Assembly (NCBI GenBank): GCA_977018835.1 | Contig: OZ361261.1 | Coordinates: 868,001-932,000, forward strand | Origin: Minutocellus sp. GHC0000111 | Taxonomy: Eukaryota | Length of the DNA: 64,000 bases | Direction: 5' to 3' | In this document: positions 54,167-64,000 of the stretch, one piece after another | Numbering within the stretch: position 1 is the first letter of the stretch | Layout of the letters: each line of letters opens with the position of its first letter | Made by a program: the position numbers and the translations under genes | Notes under the pieces: model-generated | What the model was told of the DNA's origin: nothing | The model's database searches: none | The model's input: only the letters and a program-made list of their open reading frames with translations

Positions 54167-54578
54167 GATTTTGTGGTTTTATATTTTCTTTTATTGAGAA
54201 GGGAAAATGAAAGGGCTGCTACCGAGAGATCATGTCGATAAATTCAATGGTCACTCAATAAAGCAAGGAGAGAAATGTACAGTGTAGCTGTGATATTGGC
54301 ATGCAAGTGGACTGTTGAAGGACCTGCCTGGGGCTTGGTTCTGTGGCGGGCAAACGGGCAAACCAAAGCAACGGGATCCGGACAGACGGACCTGAGACCA
54401 TACCACTCCCAAAATTTGACACGATACAAGCGGATGTTCGCAGGATTGGTTCGCACCGCCGACAGACAGATTGCATTGATCGATCGCCGCTCTGCTGCAG
54501 CAGCCTCTCATAATTCATACAAAGCCACAAATCGCAAGCGACAATATCCACAAATCATGACAAAGTGCCAACGAAGAA

Positions 54579-55262
54579 ATGCGGTCGGTCATCTTCGCCT
54601 CTTTTCCCCAGGCTCATGTTCAGCGGCTCCCGCCGTCAGCTATGAAAAAGGGTCGTGAAAATCTCGACGATAGTCTCCATGCCATGTTCAAGTCGTCGTT
54701 GCCAGATACTGCCGCAAATTCTTGTGCCGAACAAAAGGTTCGATTCAGCGAAGTCAGCGTCAACTTTTACTCTCCAATCCTTGGCGACAATCCGTCGGCG
54801 ATGCGAGGTCCTTCGCTCACCATCGGTTGGAAGCCATATTCATCCACAGACGTCTCCATCGATACATTCGAATCTCATCGACCAGAGATCTTGCGCCACC
54901 ACCTTCAACTCGCAATCCCAGCAGATGAAAGCCAACGACGTCTTGAAAATGCTGGGTACACGTCCAAGCAAATCATGGCGGCAGAGCGTGAGACGAACAA
55001 GGCAAGAGCTCAACGCAAGAAGACGATTCAAGATGTCTTCAGAGAGAAGGAAGAGGAAATGATCGACAGTATTCGTCACTCGACTAGTTCCTTTCTGCGA
55101 CGGCCATGGAAGAAGCTTCGTAACATTGACGAGGAAGCCGAGCTTGATGAACTCTGGACTATGGCAAATACTTACAGTGCGAAAAGAAGCAAATCAATCA
55201 AGAACCAGTCATCATGGAAGAGGAAAGTTGCCAAGGCAGCAAAGAAAAACGGCCAAATTTAG
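54579..55262 (+). CDS. Uncharacterised diatom-expanded family protein
   Basis: VRFSEV...ILGDNPS..GPSLTIGW...IDTFE...RRLENAGY motif. Start may be 54642. Confidence 0.7.
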   Translation: MRSVIFASFPQAHVQRLPPSAMKKGRENLDDSLHAMFKSSLPDTAANSCAEQKVRFSEVSVNFYSPILGDNPSAMRGPSLTIGWKPYSSTDVSIDTFESHRPEILRHHLQLAIPADESQRRLENAGYTSKQIMAAERETNKARAQRKKTIQDVFREKEEEMIDSIRHSTSSFLRRPWKKLRNIDEEAELDELWTMANTYSAKRSKSIKNQSSWKRKVAKAAKKNGQI

Positions 55263-55427
55263 GGAAAGATAGAAATAGAGTCTAGATGTAAAACAATTTA
55301 GTATTTTTTGATATATACATGTATACACGTCAGCCGCACCCCATTTTGTTTTGTCTTTGCTCCGTTACTATTATACCCCCTCTTCTTTTCAATAGAGACT
55401 TCTTGCACAAGCACATAAACAAAAGAA

Positions 55428-56684
55428 TCACGACGCATCTTTCGATTTTTCATTGTCATCGCCGCCACTTTCAATTGGACCCATTTCAACATCCCCGTCG
55501 GATGCAGATGGGTCTATTCTCTGTGGCGCTTCCTCATTGGCAGATAAATCCTCCAGAGGAGGCCCCGTGCTATTATCTACAATTTCACCAGCGACCGCAT
55601 TTGCTGCATCGACGGCTGGCTCTGAAAGGGGAGTCGTTACACCATCCTCTACCGTTTTCCCCTCTTGCTTGATGTCACCACCCCCCTCTGCATCTGCGTG
55701 AACACCGGCAGCAACGCCGGGTCGCGCGGGAGATTTCTTCGTTACACTTGTTTTGTCTCCCTTTCTTGCCACCTGCGCGAGGAAGTCTGCGAATTCATCT
55801 GCCGCCACCATGTCTTTGTCCACCTCCACCATCAAAAGCAGGATGGAAACGATGAAAATCAACAGACCGAGATTGGACGTGCAGGGAAAGTATGGTGGGT
55901 AGCCAAATATCTGCGTCGCGGCCATAGCACCGGTGCCAAACGATAGGGAAAACCACGGGTTGAGGATCGACGCGTGAACGACGATGGAAAATTCCGTCCC
56001 ATATCTCCACAGCAGAAAGGAGAAGTATGCGTTGCACAGAATGAGGATGCCCGTCGGTATCAAACTCAGCAATATGTGGACCTTCTCATCCCACGGCCGG
56101 CCATCCTTGAACAGGCACACCCAACCGCATCGGGGGTCCAGCCCGGTCTCGCTACCGGTATCGTCCACCAAATCAAAATTTACCAGTATGTTGAGCACGG
56201 TGAGAAATACGGCAATGGCCCGGATGAAGTTTCGCAGCACAAAGGATTTGATGGGGGTGGTGATCATCCGACGGATGCGCTGTCCTTCGTCGAAGAACAT
56301 GCCGCAGAAGTTGACCGACCGTCGTTTGTGAACTAGATACGTCAACTCGAACGTTGCCACCAGCAGTATCGGCACGGCCAGGGAAACGCACGCAAAGACA
56401 AAGTACAGGAAGCTTTGCTGGGCCGCTGATATTTCCCCGTCGGGACTGTCTTCGGCCGTATCGTAAAAGCGCCGAGAGGAGGCAAGGGTGGCATTCTCCA
56501 GGGCGAGTATCACGCACGCCAGGGGAAATAGGAACCGCACGGTGTAAATGTGATAGTAGTGTGATCGCGTCGATCCGAGATGTGCCGCGCGAGCACCACA
56601 GAGCAAATAAAACACGCAGAGGACAGCATATCCGGCCACCAGGGCCGAAGATGGTGTCGGGTAAGAGGGGTCTATGAGTGTCAT
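55428..56684 (-). CDS. Multi-pass (about 7 TM) membrane protein of unknown function with an acidic tail
   Basis: 418-aa ORF with about seven hydrophobic segments. Confidence 0.75.
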   Translation of the reverse strand: MTLIDPSYPTPSSALVAGYAVLCVFYLLCGARAAHLGSTRSHYYHIYTVRFLFPLACVILALENATLASSRRFYDTAEDSPDGEISAAQQSFLYFVFACVSLAVPILLVATFELTYLVHKRRSVNFCGMFFDEGQRIRRMITTPIKSFVLRNFIRAIAVFLTVLNILVNFDLVDDTGSETGLDPRCGWVCLFKDGRPWDEKVHILLSLIPTGILILCNAYFSFLLWRYGTEFSIVVHASILNPWFSLSFGTGAMAATQIFGYPPYFPCTSNLGLLIFIVSILLLMVEVDKDMVAADEFADFLAQVARKGDKTSVTKKSPARPGVAAGVHADAEGGGDIKQEGKTVEDGVTTPLSEPAVDAANAVAGEIVDNSTGPPLEDLSANEEAPQRIDPSASDGDVEMGPIESGGDDNEKSKDAS

Positions 56685-56789
56685 CTATCTGCCGGTATTG
56701 CTAATTGTAGCGCAGCAGCAGCTCCAACACAAGGCTCGGCAAGGCGGGGCAACACCAATGGCAACACCGCTGAATTGATGGATCAGAGA

Positions 56790-56824
56790 GGAATAACGGA
56801 ACAACGGGAATAACGGAACAACGG
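56790..56824. repeat. 17-bp direct tandem repeat (2 copies)
   Basis: ggaataacggaacaacg x2 in the divergent intergenic region. Confidence 0.85.
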
Positions 56825-57067
56825 GCGATCCTCCTCAAAATGACTGATGGACTTGCAAATGCTTTCTTTTATGCGTTAGAGAAACCAGCTGGCTGGCCAC
56901 ACACGCCGCGCCGCCGGCCGCGCCGTTGCGCCGTTGCTGACACAATTGGCTGACAACGCGGATACCAAGGTTACAAGCAAGACGCGGATACCAAGAAATA
57001 CGACCGTACCGCCGTGTGCGATTGAAGCACATAGTTAGCGCACATAGGAACTATTCCTAGTTAGGAC

Positions 57068-60000
57068 ATGAAGCCATTCCCAGAAGAATCCCTCGTGCCC
57101 AAGGCGGAGACCAATGCCTCCCAGTTCCTGAGGGACCACCCCAGCTTTGACGGACGCAATGTCACCATCTGCATCTTGGACACCGGCATCGATCCGGGTG
57201 CGGTCGGTATGACGAATCTCATCAACGTTGTGGATTGCACCGGTTCCGGTGATGTCGACGTGACCACCGAGGTGGAGGCCAAGTGGGTCGAGGATGGACA
57301 CTGGGAGGTGGAGGGTTTGACCGGTCGGACTCTCAAGCTGGGAGGTGACTGGAAGATATGCCCGTTTCCCAAGCCGCTCAAGAAGGAGGATGACAAGGAT
57401 GGCGAGAAGAAGAAATCCGAGGACGGTGACAGTGGTGATACCAAGACCGAGACCAAGACCAAAACCGTCGCGATCCGTCTGGGCGTCAAGCGCGCGTACG
57501 AGCTGTTTCCCCGCTCCCTCCTCCGCCGGGTCAAGGCCCACCGGTCTATCGCCTACGATGCCGCCCAGGCCAAGCATGCCGCCGACGTTCGGTCTCGTCT
57601 GACCGATTGGCACGGTGCCAATCCCGACCCCACCAAGGCCAGCTTCGAGCAGATACGTGTGCGGGATGATCTGATGGCCCTGTTGGAGGTGTTGGAGCTG
57701 AAATCGGGATCGGATGCAGCCGATGATCTGTACGTGTCGGACCCTGGTCCGCTCATGGACTGCGTGGTGTTCTTTGATGGTACAAATTACCGAGCCGTGG
57801 TCGATGTGTCCGAGAGTGGTGATTTGCGCGGCCGCAAGCCCATGACCGACTATGGCAAGGAACGGCAGTACGAGTCGTTTGGCAATGTCAGCATGCTGAA
57901 CTACGCCCTCAATATTTACGATGAGGGTACTGTTTTGAGCATTGTTGTCGATGCCGGTGCACACGCATCGCACGTTGCGGGCATTGCTGCTGGTTCTCAT
58001 CCCGCGGCTACTTCCTCCGATGATGACGAGCAGGTCCAGAATCGCAACATGGGCTACGATGTGGTGAGTGGCGTCGCTCCCGGTGCCAACATCATCAGCT
58101 TTAAGATTGGGGATTCCCGCCTCGGTAGTATGGAAACAGGAGCGGCGTTGACCCGGGCCATGATTGAGGCGGTCAGGCTTCGCTGCGATGTGATCAATCT
58201 GTCGTACGGCGAGGGATGCAGCGCGGCCAATACCGGACGCTTTGTGGAATTGGCCGAAGATCTCGTGTACAGACATGGGGTTGTCTTCGTCAGCTCGGCG
58301 GGCAACAATGGACCCGCGCTTTCGACTGTCGGGGCACCGGGTGGTACCTCATCGGCCCTCATTGGAGTTGCGGCGTATGTTTCTCCAGAAATGATGGAGG
58401 CTGAATACAGCATGATGACCACCGGTGGAAGTGGTGGTAGCGACGACAACGAGACTTCCGATGATGCCGTAAACGTAGCCGGTGCTCATGTTGATGAGGC
58501 CGCCGAAGTAACGGATGATGTGGTGGGAACTACGTACACATGGTCCTCGGTTGGTCCCACTGTTGATGGCGATAATGGTGTCGACATCACTGCCCCCGGC
58601 GGTGCAATCACTTCGGTACCCAACTGGTGTCTGCAAAAGACTCAGCTGATGAATGGTACGTCCATGAGCTCACCTCATGCCACTGGCTGTGTGGCTCTCT
58701 TGCTCTCCGCTTGCAAGGCGGAAGGCATCAAGGCCACTCCAGCTCGAATCAAGAGGGCCCTTCAAAATACCGCCAAGGTAATGCCTGGACTGAATTGCTT
58801 GCAGCAAGGATCTGGAATGGTGCAGGTCGACAAGGCTTGGGAATACCTGCTTGCGCACAAAGACGATCACGATGAAGATATTCATTTTAATGTTACCATT
58901 GACAATCGCGCCGGGTCTCCTCGTGGCGTTTACCTTCGAGAGGCCGATGAAGTGAATATCAAACAGACCTTCTCCGTCCGGATTGATCCCCTCTTCCGCA
59001 AGGATGATGTCGATTTCGAGACTCAGCAGCGCCGCGTCGACTTTGAGATGCGCTTTACCCTCCAAGCCACTGAAGACTGGGTCCGTTCGCCCGATCATCT
59101 CATGTTGATGCACAATGGCCGTTCGTTCAAGTTCGAGGTTGATCCAACAGGTATAGCACCTGGGGTTCACACGGCCAAGATCTACGGGTACGACTCATCT
59201 CTTCCCAATCGCGGCCCAATGTTTATGGTGCCTATCACAGTGATTCGTCCCCTCGAAGAGCAGCCACAAGTATCTCTGGGAACTCTTGCTTTTGGCCCTG
59301 CCGAGGTTAAGCGCTCTTTCCTCACTGTACCAGCTGGTGCGACGTGGATGGATGTGTCGGTGAAGGACCTTCGAGATTCCTCAATGGACAAGGACTCCTC
59401 TCCACGTTTGATGGTGCTTCACACCATCCAGTTACTTCCGCATCAAGCCTACCGTGACAACGAAGCAGACGAATACCTCAACTTGGTTCCATCCCAGACA
59501 TCGGTAAAATCTATTCCTGTCCACGCGGGCGTTACTATTGAGCTTACGCTTGCGCGCTACTGGAGTGCCGTTGGTAAGACAAGCTGCGAAGTTTCGGTGG
59601 AATTCCATGGCTGCCGGCCCTCGCCTGAACTTGTAATGCTCACTTGTGGAGGTGGCGGTGCCTCTATCAAGCTATTCAGCGAGCTAAAGAACGAGATCAT
59701 CCAGCCGTCTGCAAAATTGACCAAATGGTTGACGCCACTGACTCCCAAGGTTGAGGGAGTCATTTCTCCACTCGGTGACCGTGATGTTCTACCCTCCGAG
59801 GACACGAGAATCTATCAGCTCCTTTTGACGTACGAATTTAGCCAAGAGGACGCCGGTTCGTTCACTCCGAGGGCTCCTGCGCTGCAAGGATTCATCTACG
59901 AGTCTGCGTACGAGTCGCAGATGATGCTGGCATTTGACGGCGAGAAGCAGTTCCTTGGGACGGCCGACTCGTGGCCCGGTGCCATCAAGGCAAAGAAGGG

Positions 60001-61108
60001 CGATGTCACCATCCGCCTGCAGGTCCGTCACGACAAGCCGGAAATGCTAGAAAAGCTCAAGGAAATGGAGATATTTATTGAGCGCAAGCTCGAAAAGCCC
60101 ATTGACCTCACCGCGTACTCGACGCAGGAGAATCGGATGTGCGGCGACGCCATGAAAAAGCGCAACCTTCGCAAGGGAACATGCGCATCGGTCATTCTTG
60201 CCGAACCCTCTAGGTCCAAGCTCCCGAAAGAGTGCAAGTGTGGTGATATTCTTGAGGGCACTGTAACGCATGAGGCTGGATCATCGGAACTGTCGGGTGC
60301 TGGAAAGCGCCCTGGAGGATATCCTGTCCGCTTTGTTGTCGGGCCAAAGATGGATGCCAAATCCACTGCCGATGCCAAGGGCAAAGAACCGGAGCTTCCG
60401 GATGAGCGCAGCGTTTCGGAGAAGATCGAAGAAGCTGTAAAGGCGCTCAAGGTATCGGAACTCGAGAAGCTCTCTGGAGGCAAGGGATCTGAAGATGAGG
60501 ACAAATTTAAAGATCTGTTTGATTCTCTCAAGACGGAATACCCCGATCACTTGCCCTTACTTATCGCCGGCCTGAAACACTACGACCACAAGGATAGACG
60601 GGATGGAAATTTGGACAAAATTTTGGAGATTGCCGATGGCACCATTTCCCTCATCGATGAAAAGGAGCTAGCTGCGCACTTTGGCACATCGTACGACAAG
60701 GAGGACGCAAAGGCCTGCAAGGAACATAAGGACATGGAGGAGAAGAAGTCTCAGCTGGTCGAAGTCCTTGCTAGAAAGGCAAGAGCGGCCGGGGATAAAG
60801 ACGATGGCTTTGACGAGGCGCTGAAGCATCTCAAGAAATGGGCAGATGTTGACTCCGATCTCAAGTACTCGTCTCTTGTCTTGCAGAGAGACTCCCGCGC
60901 CGAACGCTGGGGCTCCGTTTTGAAGCTTCTCAACGGCCTTATCAAGAAGAATGGTGAAGATACCAAGGGCGGCATTTGTCCTCTGTCGAAGAAGGAGCTT
61001 CTTGAACGCAGAGCTTCGCTCTTCACAAAGCTGGGCTACTCTCACCTGAAGGAGAGCGATGACAAGTGGCGTGTGATTGCATCTCCCAAGTCGTTTGCCC
61101 TCTTTTAG
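57068..61108 (+). CDS. TPP2: Tripeptidyl-peptidase II (S8 subtilase)
   Basis: FPEESLVPKAET, ILDTGIDPGA (D), HASHVAGIA (H), KIGDSRLGSMETG, SSAGNNGPALSTVGAPG, LMNGTSMSSP (S); 1346 aa. Confidence 0.97.
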   Translation: MKPFPEESLVPKAETNASQFLRDHPSFDGRNVTICILDTGIDPGAVGMTNLINVVDCTGSGDVDVTTEVEAKWVEDGHWEVEGLTGRTLKLGGDWKICPFPKPLKKEDDKDGEKKKSEDGDSGDTKTETKTKTVAIRLGVKRAYELFPRSLLRRVKAHRSIAYDAAQAKHAADVRSRLTDWHGANPDPTKASFEQIRVRDDLMALLEVLELKSGSDAADDLYVSDPGPLMDCVVFFDGTNYRAVVDVSESGDLRGRKPMTDYGKERQYESFGNVSMLNYALNIYDEGTVLSIVVDAGAHASHVAGIAAGSHPAATSSDDDEQVQNRNMGYDVVSGVAPGANIISFKIGDSRLGSMETGAALTRAMIEAVRLRCDVINLSYGEGCSAANTGRFVELAEDLVYRHGVVFVSSAGNNGPALSTVGAPGGTSSALIGVAAYVSPEMMEAEYSMMTTGGSGGSDDNETSDDAVNVAGAHVDEAAEVTDDVVGTTYTWSSVGPTVDGDNGVDITAPGGAITSVPNWCLQKTQLMNGTSMSSPHATGCVALLLSACKAEGIKATPARIKRALQNTAKVMPGLNCLQQGSGMVQVDKAWEYLLAHKDDHDEDIHFNVTIDNRAGSPRGVYLREADEVNIKQTFSVRIDPLFRKDDVDFETQQRRVDFEMRFTLQATEDWVRSPDHLMLMHNGRSFKFEVDPTGIAPGVHTAKIYGYDSSLPNRGPMFMVPITVIRPLEEQPQVSLGTLAFGPAEVKRSFLTVPAGATWMDVSVKDLRDSSMDKDSSPRLMVLHTIQLLPHQAYRDNEADEYLNLVPSQTSVKSIPVHAGVTIELTLARYWSAVGKTSCEVSVEFHGCRPSPELVMLTCGGGGASIKLFSELKNEIIQPSAKLTKWLTPLTPKVEGVISPLGDRDVLPSEDTRIYQLLLTYEFSQEDAGSFTPRAPALQGFIYESAYESQMMLAFDGEKQFLGTADSWPGAIKAKKGDVTIRLQVRHDKPEMLEKLKEMEIFIERKLEKPIDLTAYSTQENRMCGDAMKKRNLRKGTCASVILAEPSRSKLPKECKCGDILEGTVTHEAGSSELSGAGKRPGGYPVRFVVGPKMDAKSTADAKGKEPELPDERSVSEKIEEAVKALKVSELEKLSGGKGSEDEDKFKDLFDSLKTEYPDHLPLLIAGLKHYDHKDRRDGNLDKILEIADGTISLIDEKELAAHFGTSYDKEDAKACKEHKDMEEKKSQLVEVLARKARAAGDKDDGFDEALKHLKKWADVDSDLKYSSLVLQRDSRAERWGSVLKLLNGLIKKNGEDTKGGICPLSKKELLERRASLFTKLGYSHLKESDDKWRVIASPKSFALF

Positions 61109-61410
61109 AGAGAAAGTTCTCTATCATCCCAAGTACAGTGATGCACACCGATAGGTGAATGTAGATCTAAAATAGAATGGAGAGATGCAGAGTACGGAAT
61201 TGGCGAGAGTTGTAGAGTCTACATGTGTGACAGCCGCAGATCTGCTGTTCTTGCCCTACGTACGCGTACGTATGCGACCACACCATACCACGACCGCACC
61301 ATGCACCACCACCACCAACCACATCACCACCTCGCATTCGATCCATCAGTCAAAAAGTGCGTAAGAGAAGAAGCCGCCAAGAGGGCCTGGCCACGTTTAA
61401 GGACATAATA

Positions 61411-63270
61411 ATGCACGGCACAACACAAAAACTCGCTGTTGTGGGGGTGCTCGTATCTTTAATCAGAACATCGTCTGCCTTCACGCTTCCAGCACCAACA
61501 AGGAGTTCTTTGACATCATCACCGTACCGGTACTCCCGCTGTCAGCTCACAAGAAATGAATTGGAAAGCATGACGATGCCGGCTCTCAAGGAGCAGCTCA
61601 AGGAAAGAGGATTGAAGGTGGGAGGGAAAAAGGCCGAGCTTGTGGACAGATTACTTGATAATTTCGGTTTTGCCGACAGCTTGAACGACGAGTTGGAAGA
61701 GCTATGTGATGGTCCATTAGAGGTGGAGAGTAGCATTACTTTGCCCCGTCCTAGTACAGCTCCCGACATCAGCAGCAGTGACGACGGTGATATTCCTTGG
61801 GGTGGAGAAAACATACCAACTTATCAAGAGTACGTGGAAGAGCTACAGGCGATGGCGTTTCTTTCCAGTATCGGTGACGAGGAGGCCTGTGATCGGGCGC
61901 AGCAGACTTTTGACGATATGTATGAGAATCACATAACCGAGGACGACGCATCGCTGGAGCCAACCACGGAGATTTATAATTTGTTGATCGAGGCCTATGC
62001 AGAGAGCAGTAGGCCCAACGCAATCGAAATGGCTGAAGAGATATTGGATCGGATGGAAAGTAGTTCCGCTGGTGAAACTGGTGATGATGATTATGACGAA
62101 AGCAAAGTAGCCGTAGGGACCGTACCACTGCCAGATATCAATACCTACATTGCAGTATTGAAGGGTTATGCAAATCGCGCGCAACCTATGGCAGCTGATG
62201 CCATCTTTCGTCGATTGTACGATCGTTTCATGATTACTGGCGACAAAGGCCTGATGCCCACAACAGAGGCATACAATCAGCTAATCAGAGCGTGGATGAA
62301 ATCGGGCACTCTATCTGCAGCGTCCGTTACGGAAGATTTACTCAACGAAATGATTGATGCTAAAGATGATGCGGTAATGCCAAATGTTGAAACCTTTGCT
62401 CGAGTAATGAATTGCCACACACAGGCAAACAAGGGGAAAGATGCACCTGCTAATGTGCAACGGCTAATGGACCAGATGCAAGATCTTTCAATGGAGCCCA
62501 ACGCTGAAGTATACAACGTCAAGATCAAAAGTTTGGCAGTCCGAGGCGTACCAGATGGCGCCGTGCGGGCAGTGGATACTTTGCAATGGATGCTGAACGA
62601 ATATCGCAAGGGTAATCAAGATCTGTGCCCCACTCGAGCCACTTTCATCACTGCCATCAACGCCCAAACCAGCAACGGAGGAAAGAGGGCAGCACAAGAA
62701 TCGGAGGGATTGTTTGCTATGATGCAAAGTCTGGCAAAGGAATTGAAGGATGATGAGCTTTTACCAAACGTGAGAGTATACAATGCGCTGATTCGGTGTT
62801 GGGCGCGAAGCAAGGAGAGAAACAAGGCCGAACGGACTCGTCAGCTACTCGAGACAATGGCAAAGGAAAGTGAGTTGAGAGGTGACGACGAACTTACGCC
62901 TAATCTGCAGACTTACAATGGAGTTTTGAATGCCTGCAGTTTTCCGAGCCGGGGCAACAGTATCGAAGAGAAATATGCTGCCTTTCGGATAGCAGTGCAA
63001 ACGCTCAATGAACTTCGAGCCTCCGAAAACTGCGAGCCCAATCATGTATCATACGGAACATTCCTTCGATCCTGTGGCAATCTAATGCCACAAACGCCCA
63101 AGAGAGATGCCGTGGTGGGCAACATATTTCGCAAATGCTGTGAAGAGGGCTTGGTCAGTGAATTTGTAATGGATTCTGTTTCCCACGCAGCCTCTGAGAA
63201 TCTCAAGAGCACACTATTTGAGGACTGTGTGGGCGGAAAGTTGCCAAGAACGTGGAGCTGTAACTTGTAA
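61411..63270 (+). CDS. Plastid-targeted SAP-domain + pentatricopeptide-repeat protein
   Basis: SSAF leader; SAP motif MTMPALKEQLKERGLKVGGKKAELVDRL; PPR-like PTTEIYNLLIEAYA, PNVRVYNALIRCWA, PNLQTYNGVLNAC. Confidence 0.88.
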   Translation: MHGTTQKLAVVGVLVSLIRTSSAFTLPAPTRSSLTSSPYRYSRCQLTRNELESMTMPALKEQLKERGLKVGGKKAELVDRLLDNFGFADSLNDELEELCDGPLEVESSITLPRPSTAPDISSSDDGDIPWGGENIPTYQEYVEELQAMAFLSSIGDEEACDRAQQTFDDMYENHITEDDASLEPTTEIYNLLIEAYAESSRPNAIEMAEEILDRMESSSAGETGDDDYDESKVAVGTVPLPDINTYIAVLKGYANRAQPMAADAIFRRLYDRFMITGDKGLMPTTEAYNQLIRAWMKSGTLSAASVTEDLLNEMIDAKDDAVMPNVETFARVMNCHTQANKGKDAPANVQRLMDQMQDLSMEPNAEVYNVKIKSLAVRGVPDGAVRAVDTLQWMLNEYRKGNQDLCPTRATFITAINAQTSNGGKRAAQESEGLFAMMQSLAKELKDDELLPNVRVYNALIRCWARSKERNKAERTRQLLETMAKESELRGDDELTPNLQTYNGVLNACSFPSRGNSIEEKYAAFRIAVQTLNELRASENCEPNHVSYGTFLRSCGNLMPQTPKRDAVVGNIFRKCCEEGLVSEFVMDSVSHAASENLKSTLFEDCVGGKLPRTWSCNL

Positions 63271-63813
63271 GGCGGTCATGGGAAAGGATGGCAATTGGTT
63301 TAGTAAATGTAAGTAGCATTAGAGCATAGATACTCAGTTAGGATCAGGATTACCGTTAGACTGCCGCCTCGAAATCTCTGACTGACTGACCGGTGTCAGC
63401 TGTCAACTGTGAGCTGGCGAGCCGTACGTCTTTCAAAGTACATAGCGCCAGACCATGATGAAAATGAGGTGGCACGCTCGCCTTGCTTCTCCACCACAAA
63501 TGTCCAGTCATCTTTTCCCGGAATTCAAAATTCGGCAGCACGAGAGGCGAACTAACTAACTGGAGGACGCGCAGAATTGAATTGCAGTTGCATGCAACAA
63601 AGGCCACCAATCGGATCACCGACCAATACTGTGGCGATATTGTATTAGCTCGAGACTCTCGTGTTACTTTTACTGTCATATCCTCTGTCATCTGTTGATC
63701 GTATACGGCACAGGCACATATTCATTGCGCCGAATTCGAACGAAGTCCCGACACATCAATTCCACTCATCGTTGGCATATTGACAACATTTGTTTTTGAA
63801 TAGGCATTTCATC

Positions 63814-64000
63814 ATGAAGCCACTCCATCTCCTAGCAACGGCCGCTGCGACGTTGCCAATGTCGTCGGTTGCCAGTGAGGTAGTAGTTCCCGCTCCTCTA
63901 CACAATAGCAATGATGAAAATATTTATGGCGTTCCCACTGGTGCCGCTGGTGGACACAGACATCACAAACGAGCACGACAGATGGAACACCCAGTCGGTT
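63814..64000 (+). CDS. 5' end of a probable secreted protein, truncated by the window edge
   Basis: Open frame MKPLHLLATAAATLPMSSVASEVVVP... runs to the end; signal-peptide-like start. Confidence 0.5.
   Translation, partial: MKPLHLLATAAATLPMSSVASEVVVPAPLHNSNDENIYGVPTGAAGGHRHHKRARQMEHPVG

Noticed and set aside
57035..58276. 413-aa antisense ORF over TPP2 (similarly 12190-13143, 14456-15613, 9063-9854)
   Set aside because: Shadow frames of GC-rich or low-complexity coding sequence with no recognisable motifs.
63356..63691. 111-aa minus-strand ORF
   Set aside because: No motif or compositional support; it lies in the intergenic/promoter region before the 63814 gene.
1..64000. tRNA, rRNA or other structured RNA genes
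   Set aside because: None recognisable by eye; a covariance-model scan would be needed to exclude them.

Overview
Gene-dense eukaryotic nuclear DNA, almost certainly from a diatom. Evidence: short GT-AG introns, several signal peptide + ASAF/SAF plastid leaders, DUF6824-like and other diatom-type domains, and a silaffin-like gene. About 30 protein-coding loci are present. Housekeeping genes include TPP2, RPC25, PIG-S, NTAQ1, a GH27 alpha-galactosidase, a scramblase, a mitochondrial carrier, YaaA, an aldo-keto reductase, a class C GPCR and a SAP-PPR protein. Three mobile elements are present: a full-length 4.53-kb P-superfamily transposon with TIRs and a perfect 8-bp TSD (24844-29373), a Transib/RAG1/Chapaev-like relic with strong TpA depletion and apparent Tyr->His/Cys replacement (~38.7-40.4 kb), and a MITE-like element with ~126-bp TIRs (49561-50336). 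The most unusual host features are a seven-exon Lys/Ser/Gly-rich secreted gene with only phase-0 introns, which the ORF track misses, and a head-to-head paralog pair of membrane PhyH-dioxygenase/DUF6824/Tudor-like proteins. Other odd fusions are BolA-like+IQ, J-domain+coiled coil, FHA+Tudor and pseudokinase+methyltransferase-like. Several single-base homopolymer frameshifts may be consensus errors. All family calls come from motif recognition by eye; no searches were run.
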